Origin: an uncultured Leptospirales bacterium
GTDB lineage: Bacteria; Spirochaetota; UBA4802; UBA5550
Assembly: GCA_964529965.1 (NCBI GenBank)
Contig: CAZHAD010000004.1
Coordinates: forward strand, 10,358 to 73,142
DNA length: 62,785 bases
Reading direction: 5' to 3'
This document shows positions 46,477 through 55,144 of this stretch, one piece after another. The position numbers and the translations under genes are program-made. Under the pieces are notes generated by a model. That model saw only the letters and a program-made list of their open reading frames with translations, was not told the DNA's origin and made no database searches. Position 1 is the stretch's first letter; every line of letters starts with the position of its first letter.

Positions 46477-49227
46477 ATGAGTTCTGACAATACTATCAAC
46501 ATAAACGGCAATAAATACTCCTTCAGCGAGGGACAAACCGTCCTTGAAGTGGCGAGGGAAAACGGGATATACATACCCACGCTCTGCCATCTCGAGGGGA
46601 CCACCAACACCGGCGCCTGCAGGGTCTGCGTGGTCGAGGTGGAGGGGGTGCGCAACCTGGTCGCGTCCTGCGCCATGCCCGCCTCCAGGAATATGGTCGT
46701 ATTTACCGATTCCCCGCGGGTCATCGAGTCGCGGCGCTTTGTCATTTCGCTGCTCATGATTTCGGGCAATCACAACTGCGCAGCACGGGGGACCACGAAC
46801 GGCGACTGGGCCGATTTTCAGATGGACGTGCGCGACTACGACGGGAGCGATGAAATCTGCGACGCCTACGGAAGCTGCGTGCTTCAGGAGCTCGCCTACC
46901 GGTATCAGGTGCACGAGAGGATTACCGCCCTCCGCCTTAAGAACCTTTCGCCCGTCTACCGGGTAGAGGACATCAATCCCTTCATCATACGCGATTTTTC
47001 GCGCTGCATCGTATGCGGCAGGTGCGTCAAGGCATGCACCGAGGTCCAGGTGAACAACGCCATCTCGTACGGATACCGCGGCGTTCATGCGAAAATTGTA
47101 ACAAGGGGCGATAGCGCCCTCCTCCATTCGGACTGCGTCTTCTGCGGGGAGTGCATCCAGGTGTGCCCCGTCGGCGCGCTCGTGGAGAAGGACGTCAGGT
47201 TTAACACGCGTTACTGGGGTTTGAAGCGGGTCGAGAGCACGTGTGCAGGCTGCAGCGTCGGGTGTGCGGTCAACATATACGTGAAGGACGACGCCGTAAT
47301 GCGTATTGACGGGAATACCGGCGGCCCGGTCAATCACGGCAGCCTGTGTGTCAAGGGAAGGTACGGGTTCGGGTACCTGCGCAGTCCTGAGAGGCTCTCG
47401 GCGCCCCTGATGAAAAAAAACGGGGGCCGGGAGGCGGTGGAATGGGAAGCCGCGCTCGGCGCGACCGCGAAAAAGCTGAAGGACATAATAAAAGCACACG
47501 GCGCGGACTCGGTCGCGGGCATTGTTTCGGCCCGGTATCCGAATGAAGACGCGTATGTGATGCAGAAATTTTTCCGTACGGTCATTGGGACCAACAACAT
47601 CGACTGCAGCCCGCGGTTGTACGATGCTCCCGCGGTGTACGCCCTTCACGAATCCATGGGCCTTTCCGCAATGACGAATTCCATCGGCGAAATCGATAAA
47701 AGCGACCTCATCCTGGTCGTCGGATCGGATGCCACTGAGAGCCATGCGGTGGCCTCGAGCATGATCAAGAGGGCGGCCTCCCTTCATGAAAAGGGACTCA
47801 TTGTCGTCGACCCGCGGATAACGTCTCTCGCAAGGCACGCAAAGTATCATCTGCGCCCGCATCCCGGCACCGACATCGCCTGGATCTACGGCTTCATGCG
47901 GGTCATGCTCGATGAGCATCTGATCGATGAAACGAAATTGAGCGGGTCATTTGAAAATTTTGAAGAACTGAAAAAAGCGGCCGGGAGGTATACCCCGGAA
48001 TACGTCGAGGGAGCGACCGGCATACCGGGGGCCCTCCTCGCCGAGGCCGCACGAGCTTATGCCCGTGCGGGCGCTGCGTCGATTTTTTACGCGTCCGGTG
48101 TTACCCAGCAGAAGAACGGGACTGAGAATGTACGGGCGCTCGCGGACCTGGCCCTGCTCTGCGGCAACCTTGGAATCGAGGGAGGGGGGATTAACCCTCT
48201 GAGGGGCGAGGGCAACGCGCAGGGAGTTTGCGATATGGGATGCCTTCCCGACCTGCTGCCCGGATATCAGGATGTGGCAGAGGCGGGCGCACGCGAGCGC
48301 TTTAGCCGCCATTGGGGCGTTGAGGTGCCCGCGAAGCCCGGGAAAACTTTGATGAAAATGCTCCGGGCTGTCGAAAAAGGGGGCGTGAGGGCGTTCGTCG
48401 TCATGGGCGTCGATCTCCTGGCCAGTCTGCCCGATTATACGCGTATGGAAAAAGCGCTCAGGAACCTCGATCTTCTTGTCGTTTTAGATATTATTAAAAA
48501 CGAAACGGCTGGGATCGCGGACATGACTCTTCCTGTTGCCTCGATCATGGAGCGGGAAGGGACCATTACCAATACCGAACGGAGGGTCCAGCGCGTAAGA
48601 CAGGCCCTCAAGCCTGTCGGCCAATCCCGGGAATCATGGAAGGTGTTTGTCGACCTCGCCCGATTAATGGGCAGGCCGATGGAATACGGCTCCTCGGAGC
48701 AGATATTCAATGAGATGGCACAGGTTGTGCCGGGTTATTCAGGATTGAGTTACGGAAGGCTTGAAAAGGAGTGGGGCGTACAATGGGGATTCGAATCGCA
48801 GGGCGAAAGAAAAATCTATTCGCCTCAAGCCGGTAAGGGCGGCGCGCCGCGCTTTCATGTCGTTGATTTCAAGCTTCCTGACAAGGGAGATATGCCGTTT
48901 ACGCTGGCGGCGGGGAAAATTATGAAAGAATATTTTCATTATACGGGCGATCTTGACGCGCTGAAGAGGGGAGTTGCCCTGATGAATCCCGCGGACGCTC
49001 TGGACATCGGCCTTGAGGATTCGGGAACCGTAACAATCACCTCTCCCGCCGGCTCGATAATGTTTCAGGTGGAGCTTGAGACCGATATTCCCCAGGGCAT
49101 GCTTTTCATACCCTTTCATCCCTCAAAGGAAAAAGTAGGCGCGCTCATATCATCGGAGATAGAGTCTGTTTCAGGCATTCCCGCATATAAATCGGCCGGG
49201 GTGAAAATCGAAGCTCATAATATTTAA
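46477..49227 (+). CDS. NuoG/FdhA-like subunit: [2Fe-2S] + [4Fe-4S] domains fused to a Mo/W-bisPGD (formate dehydrogenase-like) domain that lacks the Sec/Cys ligand
   Basis: Contains 'TLCHLEG...GACRVCVVEV', 'CIVCGRCVKAC', 'CVFCGECIQVCPVGA' and 'CAGCSVGCAVNIY'. The active-site segment reads 'GTNNIDCSPRL-YD-APAVYALHESMGLSAMTNS', where Fdhs have 'ARL-(U/C)H-'. 'NPLRGEGNAQG' and a C-terminal beta-barrel domain are present. The start is ATG 46477 or GTG 46471. Confidence 0.82.
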   Translation: MSSDNTININGNKYSFSEGQTVLEVARENGIYIPTLCHLEGTTNTGACRVCVVEVEGVRNLVASCAMPASRNMVVFTDSPRVIESRRFVISLLMISGNHNCAARGTTNGDWADFQMDVRDYDGSDEICDAYGSCVLQELAYRYQVHERITALRLKNLSPVYRVEDINPFIIRDFSRCIVCGRCVKACTEVQVNNAISYGYRGVHAKIVTRGDSALLHSDCVFCGECIQVCPVGALVEKDVRFNTRYWGLKRVESTCAGCSVGCAVNIYVKDDAVMRIDGNTGGPVNHGSLCVKGRYGFGYLRSPERLSAPLMKKNGGREAVEWEAALGATAKKLKDIIKAHGADSVAGIVSARYPNEDAYVMQKFFRTVIGTNNIDCSPRLYDAPAVYALHESMGLSAMTNSIGEIDKSDLILVVGSDATESHAVASSMIKRAASLHEKGLIVVDPRITSLARHAKYHLRPHPGTDIAWIYGFMRVMLDEHLIDETKLSGSFENFEELKKAAGRYTPEYVEGATGIPGALLAEAARAYARAGAASIFYASGVTQQKNGTENVRALADLALLCGNLGIEGGGINPLRGEGNAQGVCDMGCLPDLLPGYQDVAEAGARERFSRHWGVEVPAKPGKTLMKMLRAVEKGGVRAFVVMGVDLLASLPDYTRMEKALRNLDLLVVLDIIKNETAGIADMTLPVASIMEREGTITNTERRVQRVRQALKPVGQSRESWKVFVDLARLMGRPMEYGSSEQIFNEMAQVVPGYSGLSYGRLEKEWGVQWGFESQGERKIYSPQAGKGGAPRFHVVDFKLPDKGDMPFTLAAGKIMKEYFHYTGDLDALKRGVALMNPADALDIGLEDSGTVTITSPAGSIMFQVELETDIPQGMLFIPFHPSKEKVGALISSEIESVSGIPAYKSAGVKIEAHNI

Positions 49228-49239
49228 AAAAGAAAACTT

Positions 49240-49265
49240 ATACGCTAGCCGCGCGGGTAGCGTAT
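49240..49265 (+). terminator. Stem-loop after the Fdh-like gene (ATACGCTA-N10-TAGCGTAT)
   Basis: An 8-bp perfect stem lies 12 nt after the stop codon. The downstream U-tract is weak (TCTGTTCATTT). Confidence 0.4.
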
Positions 49266-49388
49266 ATCTGTTCATTTAATGAAAAGAGCAGTTTTCAGTG
49301 AATCATGTTTTGGGGTTGGTTCATTGTATCGCTTCCCTCGCATGTACAGTTGAAGAAGAATAACAATTAAATAGCAGGGAGTTACACC

Positions 49389-49826
49389 ATGAAAATAACC
49401 GCCAAGGACATTTTACAACAAAAAGGAGCTAACCTGATAAGCATCAAAAAGGGAGGCTCTCTTCTGGATGCGGTCAAAACGATGCGCTCACACAAAATCG
49501 GCGCGGTTCTGGTGCTCGGGAAGGAAGAGGGCATCGAGGGTATCATTACCGAGCGTGACGTATTAAGCGCGGTCGAAAAATATAACGGAAACGTCGAGCG
49601 CGTCTCAGTAGATGAAATGATGACGAAAAATATTATCGTGGCCGTTCCAGATGACGACATCGAGTATTTGATGGGCATAATGTCGAAAAATAGAATACGG
49701 CATATCCCGATTGTAAGCCAGAACAAAATAGCCGGGCTGATATCAATCAGGGACCTGGTCGCCACGAGAATAGAAGAATGCGAACTGGAAAACCGTCTCC
49801 TTTCAGATTATATGACGAGCGGATGA
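49389..49826 (+). CDS. CBS-pair domain protein
   Basis: Two CBS repeats are present: 'HKIGAVLVLGKEEGIEGIITERDV' and 'NRIRHIPIVSQNKIAGLISIRDL'. Confidence 0.85.
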   Translation: MKITAKDILQQKGANLISIKKGGSLLDAVKTMRSHKIGAVLVLGKEEGIEGIITERDVLSAVEKYNGNVERVSVDEMMTKNIIVAVPDDDIEYLMGIMSKNRIRHIPIVSQNKIAGLISIRDLVATRIEECELENRLLSDYMTSG

Positions 49827-49848
49827 TTTTCCCCCGCGCGCGACTGAC

Positions 49849-51099
49849 CTATTCGGCGATACGGAAGTCCATGTACTGCGGCAGCTCAACGGTGAACCGC
49901 GCCCATGAACCCTGCTTTGATTCGGCAAAGATCCTTCCGCCGTGCAATTGAACGATTTTCCATGACAGGTACAAGCCGATCCCGCTTCCTTTTCGCTCGA
50001 TCAAAGTCTTGGTTTCAAGCCTGGAAAATTTTTTGAACAACCGGCTCTTTTCAGTTTCAGAGAATCCCGGACCCTCGTTCCACACGGACAGGGAGAACAT
50101 CTTGAAGAGCTTTTTTATGGTAATGACGAGCCTTCCCTTTTTGTTGCCGTATTTAATCGCGTTGTTCAAGAGGTTCAGCACCACGATTTTTATCAGGTCC
50201 GGATCGCAGTAAACGGGAAAGATCGTGCCCCGGAAGTCCCGCTCGAGCTTCATGTCCCTTTCCTCGACCTGCTGCATGATCAGTTCTATCGAGGCCTCGA
50301 TAATATCATCGATGAAATCCACCAGTTGGCGTTTCAATACCAGGGCGTCGCCCTCGAAGCGTGAAAGGTTCAGATACTGCGCGCTCATGGCATCCAGGTA
50401 TTCGGCCTTTTTTATGACCCGTCGAACGACGTCACGCTGCTTCTCGTCGATCTGGCCGTAGTACCCGTCTGACATTGTGCGCATCAGGGTTATGATCGAG
50501 GTAATGGGGCTTTTCAGTTCATGGGCGACGAAGCCCAGCATTTCCTTATAGGCCTGGTAATGTTTTTCAATCTGGTCGCTCTGATATGCTTTTTCCAGGG
50601 TATATCTCAGCAGCGAAGCGATTTTTTCCAGCAGTTGTCCATGGTGCTCCAAATAAGGGTTGCTCCCCCGGCAGCTGCAGGAGAGCGTCCCGATTACGCC
50701 AATGTCGGATACGACGGGCACGATTACGCAGGCGGTGATGCCCTCGGCGGTAAGCAGGGACAGGAGCTCGGAGTCAGAGGCACCGGACGGTTGATCGTTG
50801 CAGCCATATATGACGGGAGAGCGGGTATCGACGGCCTGCTGGATAAAACTTCCGGGGACATCGGCCGCGTATCCGGCGGGCAAATGGAGCGGATCATAAT
50901 CGGATTTTACGATTCGTATGATCAGCCGCCGGCCGTTTTCTTCAAGGAGACCTATATCCAACCTGTCGCAAGGGATGATTTCAAGGATGTCGGAGAAAAT
51001 ATGACTTATAATCTCCTCCAATCCGTCCCCTTTCAGGATATTGTGGCCGATTTTTTCCAGGATTTCCTGTTCCGCGGTTGTTATGTTCGAGTGTTTCAA
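49849..51099 (-). CDS. Cytoplasmic GAF-sensor histidine kinase
   Basis: An N-terminal GAF-like region precedes the H-box 'GFVAHELKSPITS', N-box 'NLLNNAIKYGN' and G-boxes 'NEGPGF' and 'GSGIGLYL'. No TM segment was seen. Confidence 0.85.
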   Translation of the reverse strand: MKHSNITTAEQEILEKIGHNILKGDGLEEIISHIFSDILEIIPCDRLDIGLLEENGRRLIIRIVKSDYDPLHLPAGYAADVPGSFIQQAVDTRSPVIYGCNDQPSGASDSELLSLLTAEGITACVIVPVVSDIGVIGTLSCSCRGSNPYLEHHGQLLEKIASLLRYTLEKAYQSDQIEKHYQAYKEMLGFVAHELKSPITSIITLMRTMSDGYYGQIDEKQRDVVRRVIKKAEYLDAMSAQYLNLSRFEGDALVLKRQLVDFIDDIIEASIELIMQQVEERDMKLERDFRGTIFPVYCDPDLIKIVVLNLLNNAIKYGNKKGRLVITIKKLFKMFSLSVWNEGPGFSETEKSRLFKKFSRLETKTLIERKGSGIGLYLSWKIVQLHGGRIFAESKQGSWARFTVELPQYMDFRIAE

Positions 51100-51283
51100 A
51101 AAGCTCAGCCAAGCCTAATATCAGATTTATCTGACAAGATACCAACGTCATCGGAATTTTCAACAATATTTATCGCGGAGCGCGAATACATAGAAAGGAT
51201 AATCTTCGGCCGGCAGGGTTTTGTCCTTGACATAATTTTACAATTGTCGCTTATGAAGCGTTAATATTGCAAAAGATATTTAT

Positions 51284-51679
51284 ATGACTGCTGAGAAAAC
51301 CATAACATTGCGTGAAGTGGTTGAAATATTGGCAGCAGAAGTCCATTATACGTCCAGCCGGCAGCTTGACACCGAGATACAAACCGCCCGTGCCAGTGAC
51401 CTCATGAGCGACATACTGTTTGACGATACGGTGCCGGACATTTTACTCACCAGATTGTGCAACGCACAGGTGGTGCGCACCGCGTCGGTGTTCGGTATAA
51501 AAGCGGTTGTCATGGTGAGGAGCCATGATATAAACATGAAAATTGCCGATCTTGCCAAGGAGGAAAATATAGTCCTCATTTCAACACAAGGGACCCTCTT
51601 CGCCTCATGCGGCAAATTATACGCACGCGGAGTCCGCGGAGTTCTCGAAATACCTAAAATGAAGATGGAAGACTTTTAA
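51284..51679 (+). CDS. DRTGG domain protein (second copy)
   Basis: 'ARASDLMSDILF...ILLTRLCNAQVVRTA...AVVMV' parallels the 26617..26958 protein. Confidence 0.72.
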   Translation: MTAEKTITLREVVEILAAEVHYTSSRQLDTEIQTARASDLMSDILFDDTVPDILLTRLCNAQVVRTASVFGIKAVVMVRSHDINMKIADLAKEENIVLISTQGTLFASCGKLYARGVRGVLEIPKMKMEDF

Positions 51680-51693
51680 TTGAGAATGCTTGG

Positions 51694-51724
51694 CGCATCC
51701 CCGAAGCAGAGCCTAGGGGATGCG
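51694..51724. other. Stem-loop CGCATCCCC-N13-GGGGATGCG after the DRTGG gene
   Basis: A 9-bp perfect inverted repeat. No U-tract occurs on either strand, so a terminator function is uncertain. Confidence 0.35.
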
Positions 51725-51972
51725 AGCAAAAGGGGAGCTTCAACCTTGCTCATCACCCGCTGGAATGGATCTTACTGCTTCCGGATTGACATATTCGTTT
51801 GCTTCAGTAAAAAAATGGTTGCAATATACCTCCTTCGTGTAATACTCTATTAGTGAATCCACGATCAGACTATTGTGAGCGTTGTTTGTACATAACGGCC
51901 TGTCGGGTGTCGGTTATCATTAAATCCGAGCCCGGTGATTATGCCGGACATTAAATATTTTAAGCATTTACC

Positions 51973-52000
51973 TTGACATTTTGCGTGTGTGAGGTATCAT
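51973..52000 (+). promoter_or_regulatory. Candidate sigma70-type promoter for the hdr-fdh module (TTGACA-16 nt-TATCAT)
   Basis: A consensus -35 TTGACA lies at 51973-51978 and a -10 TATCAT at 51995-52000. It sits 171 nt upstream of ATG 52171, and AT-rich palindromes follow (ATCAAT..ATTGAT, TTGATATA..TATATCAA). Confidence 0.35.
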
Positions 52001-52170
52001 GGGATCAATATTCGTAATCAATACAAAATTGTAATTGATATAAAAATTTGATGCCTATATCAAAAAACACAAAATAACACATTGCGATGGAGCGTATTTA
52101 ATAAGCGAGCAACGGGATATCGTGTATTGAAATTGCGCAACGAAAATTTGATATTTCCGGAAATGCGGAC

Positions 52171-53976
52171 ATGATTTATTCTCTGGGATTATATATATCG
52201 CTTGCAATATTCGCAATCGGTTTGTCATATAAGGTATTGAGTTGGTTCAGGCTCAGGATCGGGGCCGCATCGAAAGACATATCAGCCATAAAAAGATTTA
52301 CTGCCGCCGTAAAGGGCACGCTTGCCGTCGTTTTCAGCCTGAAAATTGTTACCCTCATGAAGGTCTTCTTCCTGGACGTGATTTTGCAAAGAAGGATCAT
52401 AAGGACCGATTTCCTCAGGTGGCTGATGCACACGTTCATTTATGCGGGCTTCATTCTCCTCCTGCTCATGCACGCCCTTCAGGCCGTCATCACCTCGAAG
52501 CTCTTTCCGGATTACAATTCAACCCTCAATCCCTACATGTTTCTCCGCGACCTGTTCGGGATGATGGTGATCGCCGGGCTCATCATCGCCGTGTATCGCC
52601 GGTTTATCGCAAAAGTCCCGCGGCTTGCCACCGGGGCGATGGACGTGTACCTGATCGCGGCGGTGGGCGTGATCATCCTGACCGGCATTTTCCTCGAGGG
52701 GGCCAAAATCACCTCGTATGCGCGCTACCGTGAGATGGTCACCGATTACGGCGCTGCGGAAAACGCGGCCGAGTCAAAGGCGCTTGAATCCTATTGGGTG
52801 GAGCATTTTCACGTCGTCTCCCCGGACAAAAGCCTTGCGTTCGACGGGGCCACCCTGAAGCTGGGGAAGGAGGTGAGCGGGAGGACCTGCGTGTCGTGCC
52901 ACTCGGATCCGCGGTGGGCCTTTTCCGGGTTCACCGTCGCCGCGGCGATCAGGCCCGTCGCCTCCGGCATGGACGCGGCCGGGGTGCCGCACCTGCTTTT
53001 TTATCTTCATTATTTTGCGTGCCTTTTCGCGCTCGCCTATCTGCCGTTCAGCAAATCGTTCCACATCATCGCCACGCCCATAAGCCTTCTGGCGAACTCG
53101 GTCATGAGGGAGGGCGCGTCGCATCCGGCGAACGTCGCCACGCGGCAGGTCATGGAGCTTGACGCGTGCACGCATTGCGGCACCTGCAGCCTCCGCTGCT
53201 CCGCCCTTGCCGCGTTCGGCATAAGCGGCAACTCCGCAATCCTTCCATCGGAAAAATTGCAGAGCATCAGGGCACTGGCCCGGGGAAAACGCATGAGCGA
53301 TTGCCAGCTCGCTCTGCTCAGGGAGGGGGTTTACCTATGCACGAACTGCGACCGGTGCACCGTGGCGTGCCCGTCAGGCATCAACCTGAGGGAGCTCTGG
53401 TTCCAGGTGCGCGAGGAGCTCATTCAAAGGGGGGATCCGATGCCGATCGTGTTGTCGCCTCTTTCCCATTTCCGCGGATTGAAGCAGGGAACGCTTGGCG
53501 CGGAATATACGCGGCCCCTGGATGAGGCCAGGGTCAGATTGACATCAGGGATTGGAAGGATACAAAAAGGCGGCGCCGTGCCTGTTTCAATAATAGACAA
53601 GGAATTCGCCTCCGCCTTGGCCCTGCGGGAGGACTCCGGCACCTACTCATACTGTTTCAAGTGCTCCACCTGCACGACGTCGTGTCCGGTTGTCGCCAAT
53701 TACGACAATCCGATGGAGACACTCGGATTGCTGCCGCATCAGATAATACACTCTGTTGCGCTGGGGCTCAAGGATATGGCCGTCGGCTCCAGGATGCTGT
53801 GGGATTGCCTCACGTGCTATAAATGCGAGGAAAATTGCCCTCAGGGCGTGCGCATCGTCGAGGTTTTATACCGGCTTAAAAATTTGGCGATAATTACTAA
53901 TCGCAGGAGTTTTCAATGTTCGGATACCAACGGCGATAAACGAGAAGAGATAAAAAAGTACACCATTCAGGTATAA
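52171..53976 (+). CDS. Membrane cytochrome b (NarI/HdrE-like) fused to two HdrC-like 2x[4Fe-4S] domains
   Basis: The N-terminal roughly 300 aa is hydrophobic with conserved His ('WLMHTF', 'LLMHAL', 'FYLHYF', 'PFSKSFHII'; compare 'PFSKWAHL' in the QmoC-like protein). 'CTHCGTCSLRC', 'CTNCDRCTVACPSG', 'CFKCSTCTTSCPV' and 'CLTCYKCEENCPQG' follow. Confidence 0.8.
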   Translation: MIYSLGLYISLAIFAIGLSYKVLSWFRLRIGAASKDISAIKRFTAAVKGTLAVVFSLKIVTLMKVFFLDVILQRRIIRTDFLRWLMHTFIYAGFILLLLMHALQAVITSKLFPDYNSTLNPYMFLRDLFGMMVIAGLIIAVYRRFIAKVPRLATGAMDVYLIAAVGVIILTGIFLEGAKITSYARYREMVTDYGAAENAAESKALESYWVEHFHVVSPDKSLAFDGATLKLGKEVSGRTCVSCHSDPRWAFSGFTVAAAIRPVASGMDAAGVPHLLFYLHYFACLFALAYLPFSKSFHIIATPISLLANSVMREGASHPANVATRQVMELDACTHCGTCSLRCSALAAFGISGNSAILPSEKLQSIRALARGKRMSDCQLALLREGVYLCTNCDRCTVACPSGINLRELWFQVREELIQRGDPMPIVLSPLSHFRGLKQGTLGAEYTRPLDEARVRLTSGIGRIQKGGAVPVSIIDKEFASALALREDSGTYSYCFKCSTCTTSCPVVANYDNPMETLGLLPHQIIHSVALGLKDMAVGSRMLWDCLTCYKCEENCPQGVRIVEVLYRLKNLAIITNRRSFQCSDTNGDKREEIKKYTIQV

Positions 53977-54145
53977 TAATGGAACCGCCGATGGACGTCG
54001 ATGAACGCAGATTAAATTTGGATGAAATTACCTATTGTATTAATTACAAATGTATTATTGCACTCGGATTCCTTCGTAGAGGCAGGATTATTCCCGTTTT
54101 TCGCGGATATGGGCGTACCATATTCAACAAAGGTAATTGTTTGTT

Positions 54146-54163
54146 ATCGGCGTGAATCGGCGG
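54146..54163 (+). repeat. 18-nt motif ATCGGCGTGAATCGGCGG, copy 1 (internal direct repeat ATCGGCG-TGA-ATCGGCG)
   Basis: This is an exact match to 59441-59458. It lies 48 nt upstream of the hdrB ATG. Confidence 0.8.
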
Positions 54164-54210
54164 TTAAAAAAAATATTTGATTGCAGCTTCGCTGCGTTGT
54201 GGATATTAAT

Positions 54211-55092
54211 ATGAGATATGCCTTATTCCTTGGATGCACGATTCCGGCCAGACTGAAGGAGTATGAGGTTTCAGCCAGGGCGGTATTGAAGAAGCTGAAC
54301 ATTGAATTGGTGGATATCAAGGATTTCAATTGCTGCGGGTATCCATTGCGCAATTTTGATTTCAAGTCGTATCTGCTTTCATCCGCAAGAAATCTGGCGC
54401 TGGCACAAAGAAAGAATCTGGACGTTGCCGTCTTGTGCCAATGCTGTTACGGCAGCCTGAAGAAGGCGGATTCCTTAATGAAGGAAGGCCCGTCCCTCCG
54501 CGATGAAATAAACGGATATCTCAAGAAGGAGAAGCTGGAATACACGGGAGGGGTTGAGATAAAGCACCTTCTCACCATACTACATGACGATTACGGGATT
54601 GAGGCTCTCAGGAAGAAGATAGAAAGGCCTTTCAAGGATTTGAAGATCGCGGCGCACTACGGCTGCCATGCACTGCGGCCCAGCAGGATCGTCCGTCTGG
54701 ATGATCCATACGACCCGAAAATTTTTGATCGGCTCGTGGAGGCGACCGGCTCCCAAAGCATTTACTGGGCCAGCAGGCTGGAATGCTGCGGCGCCCCGCT
54801 TCTGGGAGTCAATGATGATCTTTCTTTTGATATAATGCGGAAGAAGCTGAAAGACAGCAGTGAGGGGGGCGCCGATTTTATCTGCACCGCCTGCCCGTAC
54901 TGCCAGATCCAGTTCGATACGGTACAGGCGATGATCACCGGTGAAGAGAAGGGCGGGAGCACCATCCCCTCGATTCTCTACACCCAGCTTCTCGGCATGA
55001 GCATGGGCATCGACAACAAGGCACTCCTGCTCGATACGAACAGGATATCCGTGCGCGAATCCGAGGGTTCGCTGGTTTTGCAGAGCGCGTGA
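54211..55092 (+). CDS. hdrB: Heterodisulfide reductase subunit B-like protein (two CCG domains)
   Basis: Contains 'LFLGCTIP...FNCCGYP' and 'HYGCHALRP...LECCGAPL...CTACPYCQ'. ATG 54211 is preferred over the track's TTG 54181. Confidence 0.85.
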   Translation: MRYALFLGCTIPARLKEYEVSARAVLKKLNIELVDIKDFNCCGYPLRNFDFKSYLLSSARNLALAQRKNLDVAVLCQCCYGSLKKADSLMKEGPSLRDEINGYLKKEKLEYTGGVEIKHLLTILHDDYGIEALRKKIERPFKDLKIAAHYGCHALRPSRIVRLDDPYDPKIFDRLVEATGSQSIYWASRLECCGAPLLGVNDDLSFDIMRKKLKDSSEGGADFICTACPYCQIQFDTVQAMITGEEKGGSTIPSILYTQLLGMSMGIDNKALLLDTNRISVRESEGSLVLQSA

Positions 55093-55144
55093 GCGACGGC
55101 AAAGGATTAATTATTTTTTAAACATTTATATTGAGGACCGTACC

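Noticed and set aside
44715-47919. Long minus-strand ORFs 44715..46343 (542 aa) and 46408..47919 (503 aa).
   Set aside because: They are antisense shadows of the NuoF-like and Fdh-like genes. They have low-complexity R/H/G/D/P composition and no cofactor motifs. The sense-strand products carry clear signatures.
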